Shown piece after piece: positions 51,895-61,849 of a stretch of 64,000 bases of DNA. A program made the translations under genes and the position numbers. Within the stretch, counting starts at the first letter, position 1, and the number at the start of each line of letters is the position of its first letter. This DNA comes from Cenarchaeum sp. GTDB taxonomy: Archaea; Thermoproteota; Nitrososphaeria; Nitrososphaerales; Nitrosopumilaceae. Under the pieces are notes generated by a model, which saw nothing but the letters and a program-made list of their open reading frames with translations, did no database searches and had not been told where the DNA came from. The stretch is taken from contig OZ242221.1 in the NCBI GenBank assembly GCA_965206845.1, positions 1,216,001 to 1,280,000 on the forward strand. Direction: 5' to 3'.

Positions 51895-53109
51895 GGCTGT
51901 GTCCTACTAAGATATACCTGTCCAATAGCAAGGCATATTGATCTGAGGATCGCGGGCCCGCCAAGTGTCTGAAAGGAAACGCGATCAACGACAGTACGAC
52001 CTGATTCAGCAATACCTGCCCGGTCTAATCCTCAACACGATTCTGAAAATAGCCAACGACCTGGGCGACCCGTATACTGCCAGGCCCAGCCTGGGCGGCA
52101 TGACTGCATATCCGCCTAGGGCCATGGCCGCAGTGTGCATAGTCATGGAGGCCGAGCGCAAGACCTATCGCAAGATGGTCGGCCATCTCCGAAACAACCG
52201 CGACACCGTCGCGAAGATCGGACTGCGCAAGATTCCCTCCAAGAGCACCATTGCCCGCGCCTACGGCCTCATTCCGGATCGGTACCTGGCGGAGGTGCAC
52301 CGCAGGGTCATCTGCGAAATATCTGCAGGATCGGTGGCAGGAGACAGCACAGGATACTCTGACAGCAGCTTCGTCAGGTGGTATGACGTGCGGACCGACA
52401 GCGTGAAAACCAAGAGGGGTTGGGTCAAGCTCCACAGCATCATCGATATACAGACGAGGGTGGTGCTTGACTACCTCGTGACGGCCAGCAACGTGGCTGA
52501 CATCATTGGACTGCGAAGCATGCTGGCCAGATTTGAGGGGGGTGCGGGCCACTTCTGCCTGGATTCGGCCTACCTTGCAAGGGATGTGTGCAGCGCGATA
52601 TCGAAGATGGGCATGGTGCCGCGCATCAAGCCGAAATCCAACACGATTCACAACGCCTTTGGAAGCCAGGCGTGGCGCGAGATGGTAGACCTGTCCGTGC
52701 AGGATCCGGACACGTTCAAGTCGGAGTACCACCAGCGCAGCATCATAGAGGCGGTGTTTGGCGCCATCAAGAAGATGTACGGAAACCACACGCGCTGCCA
52801 CAAGCCGGAGAACCAGTGCAAGGAGATTGCAATTCGGATAATCTGCTACAACATAGAACTCGTGGCCAGATCGAAGGCAAGGGACGGCAGGCTCACACCG
52901 AAGATGATCGCTACCATGACTGCATGACCGGCGCGGCCTCCACCGCGCCTACCCAGCGGAGCCTGCGCATCATGCCTTGGGACGGGGGCGATTTTATGGT
53001 TTCCGGATGATCAGTGAAGCGGAGCTGCCACAATGTCTGCGAATTATGAGACGGCCGGTGTCTCAGCCACCAAGCAGGGAGTGGTGGCTTTTATTCATAG
53101 GACACAGCC
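51895..53109 (+). mobile_element. IS5-like insertion sequence
   Basis: TIR ggctgtgtccta / taggacacagcc around an intact transposase ORF. Confidence 0.87.
51965..52927 (+). CDS. DDE transposase (IS5-like)
   Basis: GDSTG, WVKLH, LDSAY, YHQRSIIEAVF motifs. Confidence 0.9.
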   Translation: MSERKRDQRQYDLIQQYLPGLILNTILKIANDLGDPYTARPSLGGMTAYPPRAMAAVCIVMEAERKTYRKMVGHLRNNRDTVAKIGLRKIPSKSTIARAYGLIPDRYLAEVHRRVICEISAGSVAGDSTGYSDSSFVRWYDVRTDSVKTKRGWVKLHSIIDIQTRVVLDYLVTASNVADIIGLRSMLARFEGGAGHFCLDSAYLARDVCSAISKMGMVPRIKPKSNTIHNAFGSQAWREMVDLSVQDPDTFKSEYHQRSIIEAVFGAIKKMYGNHTRCHKPENQCKEIAIRIICYNIELVARSKARDGRLTPKMIATMTA

Positions 53110-53223
53110 GACTACAGATAAATGCTTAATAGTTTGATATATTGAACATATTTGTACGATGCAGAATGAAACGCAAAAGCAATCGGTTATTGTTAGTTTT
53201 GACATAGAAAAGCCTCGGGCATC

Positions 53224-56200
53224 ATGGAGTCATTTGCCAAAGAGGTTAGCAACGTCGGGCGGGGGGTGTTAGGCGTGCGCGTCTTTGGAGTTGCGCTACT
53301 GTCTATAGCTGTTCTGCTTGCGGGAGCCGCCTCGATCGATTTGGCATACGCGGCCGAATACCCTACACCATACCGGCAGTTGAGTGAGGGGGTTGCCGCA
53401 GAGGCCGTTCAGTGCAACGAGCCAAGGGATCTCTACATACGCAACTCTGATTCCCCCGTCTGTATTACCCAGTCCACGTACGACACCCTCGTAGGTCAAG
53501 GCGTGGATCTGGAGATTCCAACGCTGGCGAGCCTGATAAGCTCGATACAGGATGCTGGGTCCGAGGAGAGCCAACAGATAGTGAAGGCGGCAATCCGAAT
53601 GTATGACATCGATCCGGAGGGCGCGCTTGACGCGATCAACTCACTGTCGGATCCCGGCATTGCACACTATCCGTATGTAATTGATCCGGAGACGAGGACT
53701 CTTGTGGCCGACGGTTCGGATCCCGAACAGGCCGGCAAACTGGCTCCGATCTTTGGGGAGTTTGCGACTAATCCGGCGGACGAGATAATCGACCGCCTGC
53801 AGGCAGGCGATGGCATCTGGGAGGACTACACATCCTTGGATCCAGAAACCGGCAACGACCAGCTCAAGCGTTCGTGGCTTGTACTGCACGACGGCTATGT
53901 CTTTGGTGCGGGTTACTATTATTCGATAGAGGAGAAGATGGTTATCGGAATCCAGAATTCCATCGATCTGCTCAAGTCGGAGGGCGAGGGGGCGTTTGAG
54001 ATCATCAACACGGCAAGCGACAGGGGAAAGTACGCGACGATCTTCGATCCTGTTGCCGAGGTGGAACTGGCTAACTCGAGACAGCCTCACAGGGTAGGCG
54101 GCCCATCTCCACCGGTGCCCATACCATGGACAGACTTTGCGAAGATACTCCGAGCTACCGAGGAGCCCATCTGGGCATACGTACTGATCATCAACCCCGC
54201 GACCGGTGAACCCTCTCAGGCGACTGGCTTGTTTGACGATTACGACAAGTACCTTCTGGCAAACGGGTACACATACCCGGCCGAAGATAAGGTCAAGCGC
54301 ATAGTGGACGAGACCATCGCGATGTACGATGCAGACAAGGAGAACACATTTGGGCTCATTTCCAAAGCGTCACTTGATCCACACTATCCGTTTGTGATAG
54401 ACCCGGTAACCAAGAAGATTCTGGCTCATGGCTCGAACCCTGCAAGGGTGGGCGCCAGTTCCCTGTTCTTTGATGATATTACCGACAGGCCGTTTGATGA
54501 GATCATTGCCGAGTTGGAAACCGATGGCAGCGCTTGGGCAAAGTACCTGTACCCGTATCCGGGCACCGACTACACCGAGGAGAAACTCTCTTGGCTCGTA
54601 ATGCACGACGGGTACATCTTCGGGGCAGGATACTATCAGTCTGCGTTCATTGCGCATCCAGACGCACTGATTGGCGATTCCCCGTTCCCCTCTATCTTCG
54701 ACACGGCAGACGACGAATACCTGGTGTACTCTGGAGACACGGTACTGGACGACCCGTTTGCCTCCTCCACGCACAAGCCCACGCGCGTGTGGGCAGACTT
54801 TGGCGTCGTCGACCTTCCACCCCTGGCATTTGAGCCACGCAACCACGAATTTGATATGGTGAACGGCAACGCCCTCCAGGGCGTATTCATTCCGCATCTT
54901 GCCCCCTTCATAAAGCAGGAAGTGGCCCCGAACCTCAACGACCCGTCCCTCCTCTTCCGTTATGTTGCGCTGCTGCTCAACGGCGCGTTTGACGCCGTCG
55001 CTCCATATCACGAGACTGCCGTCGGAGTCAGCTCTCGCATGGAGCACCGCCCGTCCTCGGAATATGAGACAAACGAGAATCCCAATACCGCCGTGATGCA
55101 TGCCGCATACCGCATGATGCTTGAGTTTGCGCCGCAGCGCGCCGATGGTTGGAGAGACATGATGACGGTTCACGGCTTCGACCCGGACGATGAGAGTGGC
55201 CTCGATCTTGACTGTAGCGTGACCCAGGACGTGTCATCGCCGGTGGCGGTGGGCAACTTTGCGGCAAAGTGCGTGCTTGACGCACACAGGCACGACGGCT
55301 TCAACCAGTTCGGGCTTGAGACCGACGGAGTTCCGTTCGGCGACACCACAGGATACGTCTCCGTAAACACGCATGACATGCTCAACGATCCCTCCCGCTG
55401 GCAGCCTCTGATAGCACCCAATCTACAGGGCGAGCTCGTCCCGCAAACGTTCGTTACGCCCCAGTACGCCAATATAGAACCATTCTCGGACTTTGATCCG
55501 CGTTCTGTCCGCGTGCCGCCTCCGACCAACAGCAACCACGCAGACGCGGAGACCTACAAGGCACAGGTGGACACGGTGATCGAGGCCACCCACAACATAA
55601 CAGACGAGCAGAAGATGCTTATAGAATTCTTCGACAACAAGCTCCGCGGATCGCTGTTCCGGCCCACTCTCAGCAACCACCAAAACACGGTCGACTTTGT
55701 GCAGTGGGACTTTTTGGTCAACATGGCCAACTACGACGCCGGCATAGTGGTATGGCAGGAGAAGGCCCGCCACGATGCAGTGCGCCCGGCCTCGGCAATC
55801 CCATACGTGTACGGCGACGAGTTGATAAAGGCCCGTGGCCCGCCCGGAGGGGATCCAGTGGAGGTTCCAGCCAGCGAGTGGACGACCTACGTCAACACGG
55901 CAAACCATCCGGAGTACCCGTCGGCAACCGCCTCCTTCTGCGCAACCGATGCGGTTGTGTGGAGGCTTTACAGCGGCACGGACGAGATAGGCAAGTATGT
56001 CAACATGGATGGCGAGCTGGTGGGAGCATACGAGGGAGTGCGCCCGGCCGGTTCGGCGGCATGGGAACCGGGACAGACGCCGGTAGAGGACGTCCACCTG
56101 GGCTTTGATTCTTGGAGTGAGTACGCGGAGGAGTGTGGCGCCAGCCGCGTCTGGGCCGGAGTCCACTTTTGGCCGTCTGTGCAGGTGTTAGATGAGATAG

Positions 56201-56331
56201 GCGAAGTCGTGGGCACGGCCTCCTTCAAGTATTGGGAGTCCCTGATGCTCGGCGAGGCTCCGCTCAGGGGAGAGTTCAAGCCACTGGAGCCGGATCCGCT
56301 CCTTGACGAGCCGTTCTGGGCTGGTCGCTAA
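53224..56331 (+). CDS. Exported fusion: two-Cys module + 3 Cache-like domains + vanadium haloperoxidase/PAP2-like domain
   Basis: Signal sequence; repeats ending K.SWLV.HDGY.FGAGYY; KARHDAVRP, HPEYPSAT and SRVWAGVHF motifs. Confidence 0.82.
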   Translation: MESFAKEVSNVGRGVLGVRVFGVALLSIAVLLAGAASIDLAYAAEYPTPYRQLSEGVAAEAVQCNEPRDLYIRNSDSPVCITQSTYDTLVGQGVDLEIPTLASLISSIQDAGSEESQQIVKAAIRMYDIDPEGALDAINSLSDPGIAHYPYVIDPETRTLVADGSDPEQAGKLAPIFGEFATNPADEIIDRLQAGDGIWEDYTSLDPETGNDQLKRSWLVLHDGYVFGAGYYYSIEEKMVIGIQNSIDLLKSEGEGAFEIINTASDRGKYATIFDPVAEVELANSRQPHRVGGPSPPVPIPWTDFAKILRATEEPIWAYVLIINPATGEPSQATGLFDDYDKYLLANGYTYPAEDKVKRIVDETIAMYDADKENTFGLISKASLDPHYPFVIDPVTKKILAHGSNPARVGASSLFFDDITDRPFDEIIAELETDGSAWAKYLYPYPGTDYTEEKLSWLVMHDGYIFGAGYYQSAFIAHPDALIGDSPFPSIFDTADDEYLVYSGDTVLDDPFASSTHKPTRVWADFGVVDLPPLAFEPRNHEFDMVNGNALQGVFIPHLAPFIKQEVAPNLNDPSLLFRYVALLLNGAFDAVAPYHETAVGVSSRMEHRPSSEYETNENPNTAVMHAAYRMMLEFAPQRADGWRDMMTVHGFDPDDESGLDLDCSVTQDVSSPVAVGNFAAKCVLDAHRHDGFNQFGLETDGVPFGDTTGYVSVNTHDMLNDPSRWQPLIAPNLQGELVPQTFVTPQYANIEPFSDFDPRSVRVPPPTNSNHADAETYKAQVDTVIEATHNITDEQKMLIEFFDNKLRGSLFRPTLSNHQNTVDFVQWDFLVNMANYDAGIVVWQEKARHDAVRPASAIPYVYGDELIKARGPPGGDPVEVPASEWTTYVNTANHPEYPSATASFCATDAVVWRLYSGTDEIGKYVNMDGELVGAYEGVRPAGSAAWEPGQTPVEDVHLGFDSWSEYAEECGASRVWAGVHFWPSVQVLDEIGEVVGTASFKYWESLMLGEAPLRGEFKPLEPDPLLDEPFWAGR

Positions 56332-56360
56332 ACGATGCCTGCATTCGGCGTGGGCGGGTA

Positions 56361-57701
56361 ATGGCAAAAAGCAAAAGAAGAATAGTCATTCTCGGAGGCG
56401 GGTTTGCAGGAACAGGGTGCACCAGAAAGCTGGAATCGTACTTTCGGAACGACGAGAGTATCGAGATGGTCCTGATAAGCGAGGACAACTTTCTCCTGTC
56501 TACCCCCATGCTGCCGCAGGTGGCCTCTGGCATGGCAGAGGCAAGGCACATCATAACGCCGATCAGGGCAATCTGCAAAAAGACGACGTTCTATGAAGGC
56601 CAGGTAAGAAGCATAGATCCACACGGAAGGATTGTAAACCTGCGCAGAACCGGCAGAAAGCGCGGGATCGGTGTCCGTTATGACTTTCTCGTCATCGCGC
56701 TGGGAAGCAAGACCAACTTCTTTGGCATGAAAGACGTTGAAAAGCACGCGCACACGATGAAGACGCTCAATGACGCCCTGGTACTAAGAAACAAGACCAT
56801 GGACATGCTTGAGCAGTCAGAAACTGAATTCGATCCAATCCACAGGAAAAGCATGCTGACGTTTGTGATTGTGGGCGGCGGGTTTGCGGGAATCGAGACC
56901 GCCGGGGAGCTGATGGATCTGCTGATAGATGCCAGAAAGCACTACCCGGGCATCCGTGAGGATCACATAAGCGTCATAGTGGTAGAATCAGGCCCTACCA
57001 TAATTCCAGGGTTCGGCGAGAAGCTGGCAAAGTTCGCCTATGGGGCGGTAGTAAAGCGCGGAATAGACATCAGGCTAAACTCCGCAGTTACCGGTTTTAA
57101 CGGGATAGAGGCCACCATAAAAAAACTGCGTGGCGAGGGGGCCGGACAGGAGGAGGTAGTCAGAACCAACACGCTGGTGTGGACTGCCGGCGTAGCAGCG
57201 GCCGATGCGATAAGAAATTCAATGCTCAAGACCGAGAGGGGAAAGCTGGTTGTAAACGAGTTTCTCGAGTTGTCTGGCTTTCCGGGGGTTTTTGCAGCAG
57301 GAGACTGCGCGCTGTGCATCAATCCCGAAACAAAGCGGCCGTTTCCCCCGACGGCCCAGATAGCGGAGGCCCAGGCAAAAACCGCGGCCGCTAACCTTCA
57401 CGCGCTGATAAGAAACAAGAAAAAGGCAAAGTTTGATTACAGGGCAAAGGGCCACATGGCAATAATTGGAAAGCGCGCCGGCATTGCGACGTTCATGGGC
57501 AGAAACATTGTGGGTTTTTGGGCATGGATTCTGTGGAGGAACATGTACCTCTCAAGAATACCGGGGACGGAGAAAAGGATCAGAGTGCTCCTAGACTGGA
57601 CGATTGACCTGTTTTTTGGCAGGGATGTGTCAAGAATGGATGTCATGAAAAAGCCCCGGAGTGTGGGGTTCAGGGAGACCGAGGAGCAGGACATCTGGTA
57701 G
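56361..57701 (+). CDS. ndh: Type II NADH dehydrogenase-like flavoprotein
   Basis: Two GGGFAG motifs, WTAGV, AAGDC, PPTAQIA. Confidence 0.88.
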   Translation: MAKSKRRIVILGGGFAGTGCTRKLESYFRNDESIEMVLISEDNFLLSTPMLPQVASGMAEARHIITPIRAICKKTTFYEGQVRSIDPHGRIVNLRRTGRKRGIGVRYDFLVIALGSKTNFFGMKDVEKHAHTMKTLNDALVLRNKTMDMLEQSETEFDPIHRKSMLTFVIVGGGFAGIETAGELMDLLIDARKHYPGIREDHISVIVVESGPTIIPGFGEKLAKFAYGAVVKRGIDIRLNSAVTGFNGIEATIKKLRGEGAGQEEVVRTNTLVWTAGVAAADAIRNSMLKTERGKLVVNEFLELSGFPGVFAAGDCALCINPETKRPFPPTAQIAEAQAKTAAANLHALIRNKKKAKFDYRAKGHMAIIGKRAGIATFMGRNIVGFWAWILWRNMYLSRIPGTEKRIRVLLDWTIDLFFGRDVSRMDVMKKPRSVGFRETEEQDIW

Positions 57702-57867
57702 CCGTCCGAGCGCGCGCCGTGTAGGCCAAATGCGGCATCTGCATGCACACCGGGCGTTGTCCAACCGGCGAGCGCGTTACTGCGCGGGAGTCGCATGCGA
57801 AAGAACCCTGACATGGGATTGCGGCGCGCATAATCTGCCACAACACAGAACAGGTGGACGGATCCTG

Positions 57868-58005
57868 AGACATGATCCGCAATTAAGAATCGGGTCTTCG
57901 ATGCCCATAATCTTACAGATGTGCGCTCCAAAGCATGCAACTTTCGTATGATTATGCCAAAGATCGTGCTCTAATGTGCCTGCGTGCTAATTACGAATCA
58001 CATCT
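57868..58005 (+). mobile_element. 138-bp MITE, copy 4
   Basis: Appears identical to copy 2; CTG duplication. Confidence 0.93.
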
Positions 58006-58360
58006 CTGGACAAGACGGCAGGCCCGCACACAAAACGATCGCCGCAACGGCATCCCGGCAGGCGCGGTGGAGGTCGTGCCGTATGCGGGGGAGCCTGCGC
58101 ATCGTATCGCTGAACTTGTGGGATTCCGCGGTATCTGTTAGGCCGGGAAGGCCGGCAAAATGCCACAAACTCGGAGGATTTGCGAATGTCTGGCGCCGCC
58201 TCACAGGGGTGATGTGCTGTGAAGATTTGTCCGCCGATCTGGAAACTATAGGAACGGGTATTGCGGACTCTTGGGAGTTCCCCGCCGCGTGGAGCCGCGG
58301 GCCGAACTGCCGCCTGGAGGCGGCAAAACGTGCCTAAACGACGCGGACAGGAATGGAGGT

Positions 58361-59065
58361 TCACATATCCATCAGTTTGAGGGCCACCGTTCTACCGACC
58401 ACCACGCCATCTTCGTTGAGCTCATCGGCTGCGGTAAGGGTGGTTGGGAATTCGGTTCCGTCCTTTCTGAGCATCCATATCACGGCCGCATCGCGGTATC
58501 CTGCCCTCCAGTTCTCCATATTTGCATGCAGGTTGCCCTTGCTTCTGGGAGCCGTGTGCTCATAAAGGCTGATTCCGATGACCTCGTCTTTTGTGTAACC
58601 CAGATTGTCCAGATAGGACTGGCTGCAGTTCACTATCGTGCCGATGTAGTCTACGGACCTGCGCAGGATATCAGGATCCTCGTAGTCATCCCTCGAGTCG
58701 ACATCGTACAGATCCTGCATCGCCTTGATGACGGAGACATCTCTCATGTCCACGTCCATCCCGATCACTTCGTTGTTTTGATACCTCTTTCTGACTACCT
58801 GTAGCACGTCAATGACATCTCCCCCCTTTGTCATCAGCTTGTTTTTTTTGGAGATGTTTGTAGCGGGCGTATCCCTCCATTTGGCAATCCGTGCCACCAT
58901 CTCCTTGCGGTACCTTTCCGTCGTGTGATCCAAGACGGAGGCGCCGATTACCTCCTCTACGGTGTATCCCAACCTCATGGCATAGTGCATGTTGCAGTCC
59001 CGAATTATGCCATCTATGTCTACGGATCGGTACAGTATGGGTATCGTCGCTTGTACGTTCACCAT
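58361..59065 (-). CDS. Stand-alone tandem PAS-PAS protein
   Basis: Two repeats of RSVD..G.I..C...Y...LGYT..EVIG.S...HT; no output domain. Confidence 0.85.
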   Translation of the reverse strand: MVNVQATIPILYRSVDIDGIIRDCNMHYAMRLGYTVEEVIGASVLDHTTERYRKEMVARIAKWRDTPATNISKKNKLMTKGGDVIDVLQVVRKRYQNNEVIGMDVDMRDVSVIKAMQDLYDVDSRDDYEDPDILRRSVDYIGTIVNCSQSYLDNLGYTKDEVIGISLYEHTAPRSKGNLHANMENWRAGYRDAAVIWMLRKDGTEFPTTLTAADELNEDGVVVGRTVALKLMDM

Positions 59066-59114
59066 GCTTGTGTGTGGAAATATCTAGATATGTGTTGCGA
59101 GGAATAAGTTTGTG

Positions 59115-60248
59115 TGTGGGATCCAGAAAGCAGTTCCCCCCTCACGCCGCATGATACTCCTCCCCTGTCTGCTCGTCAATAACGGCCTCTCCCTTTGGAG
59201 GCATCTTGCGCACAAACGCCTGGGCGGGTGTCTCCCGCTCGTCCCTGTTCAGTGACATGTGCGGCCTGTCATAATTGTACCACTGCATGAACAGATCTAT
59301 GGGATCGCTCTTGCGCATCAGTATTGCCTCAAACTCGGGCAGCTTGCGCTGGATCTCTCCGTGCAGCCTCTCCAGCTTGCCGTTGGTCTGCGGGTGCTTG
59401 ACGCGCGACAGAATCTGGTGGATTCCCAGCCCGACCAGCCTCTTCTCGAAATCAGACGCCCCCTTCCTCTTTGCCTCTGACGCGTTGGCATAGAACTGGG
59501 AGTCGTGGCCGATCATTATCGAAGCCGACTTGCCGTGGTTCTTTATGGCCCCCTCCAGCACGGCCAGCGCGTTCTCCGTAGTGGCATGCTCAAACGCCCC
59601 GTACCCGGTGACAAACCGCGAGGCGTAGTCCTCATAGCACAGGAACCACCTGCCGTCGTCTGACAGCTTGAAGTCCGTGTGCCGCATGGAGTTGGAGTAG
59701 GTGCGCTAGTAGCGAACCCACTTCCGTCTCTGGCTCTTCTTTGGCTGCCCGGATGCCAGATGCTCGTACCTCAATATCTTGTGTATGGCGCTGTGGGGGA
59801 TATTTATTCCGGTGCTGTCCCTTATGCCGTCCTGCATGCCTGTAGCCCTCAAGTGCTCCCTGTAGCGGACAGAGAGCACTGCAGAGCGCTCCCGGCGGTC
59901 CGGGAGGCCGTTCTCGGGTCTGCCCATGCGTGCAGGATAGAGTATCTTGCCGGCATCCGCGTGCTTGTACCGGACCCAGAGCTTCTTGACCCAGCGCGTA
60001 GATACGTCCATGGTCTGGGCAACATGGTTGGCGGTGGCCCCCTTTCGCTTCTGGGCTATGATCCACCTTACCTTGGATTCATCTAGTTTTTTCATTACAC
60101 GAACCCTTCGGCCGCCTATATGTCTCCACAGCCTGGCGTATCCTGGCCGGATCCGAGCGCCTTCATTCCCGGTAAGGGAAACGCTCACACTGCCTTTCAG
60201 GCGTTTTGCTCCTTCCGGCAGGAGGTGAACTACTTTTTGGACTAGATA
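59115..60248 (-). mobile_element. IS481-family element
   Basis: Imperfect 22-bp TIR (tgtgggatccagaaagcagttc / gaactactttttggactagata); no duplication found. Confidence 0.7.
59142..60095 (-). pseudogene. IS481 transposase with in-frame TAG at 59706-59708
   Basis: HTH, HTDFK, HPQTNGKLERLH motifs; nonsense codon in RY*RTYSN. Confidence 0.88.
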
Positions 60249-60301
60249 CCGCCGCTCTTCCCAAAAATAATATATGTATATCAATATCTCAAGTTTCCGT
60301 T

Positions 60302-61849
60302 ATGTACTCGGACAAGCTTGACGAATTCTCACAGCGGATGAGGCAGACATCCGAGGCAGGCGGCGAGGAGCGCATACTGGCCCAGCACGGCAAGGGCAAG
60401 CTTACCGCCAGGGAGAGGATCGGCCTTTTGCTTGACGAGGGAAGCTTTGTGGAGATAGACTCCTTGGTGACGCACCACTACCACGAGTTTGGCATGCAGA
60501 AGAAAAAGTTCTACGGCGACGGCGTAGTCGGGGGCTACGGCAATGTCGACGGCAGACAGATCTATGTCTTTGCCTATGACTTTACCGTGCTGGGGGGAAC
60601 CCTCAGCCAGATGGGGGCCAAAAAGATCACAAAGCTCATGGATCACGCCCTTCGCAACGGATGCCCGATAATCGGCATCATGGACTCGGGAGGCGCAAGA
60701 ATCCAGGAAGGAATCATGAGCCTTGACGGCTTTGCAGACATCTTTTACCACAACCAGCTGGCGTCCGGTGTCATTCCACAGATTACCGCCAGCACAGGCC
60801 CGTCTGCCGGCGGCTCGGTATACTCGCCCGCGATGACTGACTTTGTAATTATGGTGGAGAAGGCAGGCACCATGTTCGTTACGGGGCCCGACGTGGTAAA
60901 GACGGTTGTGGGCGAGGACATCTCCTTTGAGGATCTGGGCGGAGCAGTGACCCACGGCACCAAGAGTGGTGTGGCGCACTTTGTGGCGCAGAGCGAGTAC
61001 CAGTGCATGGACTACATCCGGAAGATACTCTCCTTTATGCCACAGAACAACACGCAGGAGCCGCCCCGGGTAAAGACCGGCGACGACCCCAACAGGATGG
61101 ACCACAACCTGATCAAGATAATGCCCGACAACCCGCTCCAGCCATACGACATGAAGGAGATCATAAGCTCCATCGTGGACGATCACGAGTTCTTTGAGGT
61201 ACACGAGCTCTTTGCGCCAAACATTGTCGTGGGGTTTGCGCGCATGAACGGCAGAACGGTGGGCATAGTGGCAAACAACCCGCTGCACCTGGCGGCCGCA
61301 CTGGATATCGACTCCTCGAACAAGGCGGCGCGCTTTATCAGGCTCTGCGACTCGTTTAACATACCGATAATTACGCTGGTGGATACCCCGGGATACATGC
61401 CGGGCTCAGATCAGGAACACCACGGAATCATCAGGCACGGGAGCAAGCTGCTTTATGCATACTGCGAGGCCACCGTGCCCAAGATCACACTGGTCATAGG
61501 AAAGGCCTACGGCGGGGCATACATCGCCATGGGAAGCAAGAACCTGCGGACCGACATCAACTACGCGTGGCCTACCGCCCGGTGTGCAGTCCTGGGGGCA
61601 GAGGCGGCCGTCCGCATAATGAACAGAAAGGATCTGGCCGCGTCGAAAGATCCCGAGACCCTGAAGAAAGACCTGATCGACAACTTTGCATCCAAGTTTG
61701 ACAACCCCTATGTCGCCGCCTCCCACGGAACCGTGGACTCGGTGATCGATCCCGCCCAGACCCGACCCATGCTCATCAAGGCACTGGAGATGCTTACCAA
61801 CAAGCGCGACCAGCATCTGCCAAGAAAGCACGGAAACATCAACCTGTGA
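60302..61849 (+). CDS. pccB: Acetyl-/propionyl-CoA carboxylase, carboxyltransferase subunit
   Basis: GKLTARERI, DSGGARIQEG, KAYGGAY, RKHGNI motifs. Confidence 0.95.
   Translation: MYSDKLDEFSQRMRQTSEAGGEERILAQHGKGKLTARERIGLLLDEGSFVEIDSLVTHHYHEFGMQKKKFYGDGVVGGYGNVDGRQIYVFAYDFTVLGGTLSQMGAKKITKLMDHALRNGCPIIGIMDSGGARIQEGIMSLDGFADIFYHNQLASGVIPQITASTGPSAGGSVYSPAMTDFVIMVEKAGTMFVTGPDVVKTVVGEDISFEDLGGAVTHGTKSGVAHFVAQSEYQCMDYIRKILSFMPQNNTQEPPRVKTGDDPNRMDHNLIKIMPDNPLQPYDMKEIISSIVDDHEFFEVHELFAPNIVVGFARMNGRTVGIVANNPLHLAAALDIDSSNKAARFIRLCDSFNIPIITLVDTPGYMPGSDQEHHGIIRHGSKLLYAYCEATVPKITLVIGKAYGGAYIAMGSKNLRTDINYAWPTARCAVLGAEAAVRIMNRKDLAASKDPETLKKDLIDNFASKFDNPYVAASHGTVDSVIDPAQTRPMLIKALEMLTNKRDQHLPRKHGNINL

Noticed and set aside
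59706-59708. In-frame TAG as pyrrolysine or readthrough
   Set aside because: It replaces a GAG seen in the paralogue (RYER), the gene shows other decay, and no pyl genes are visible
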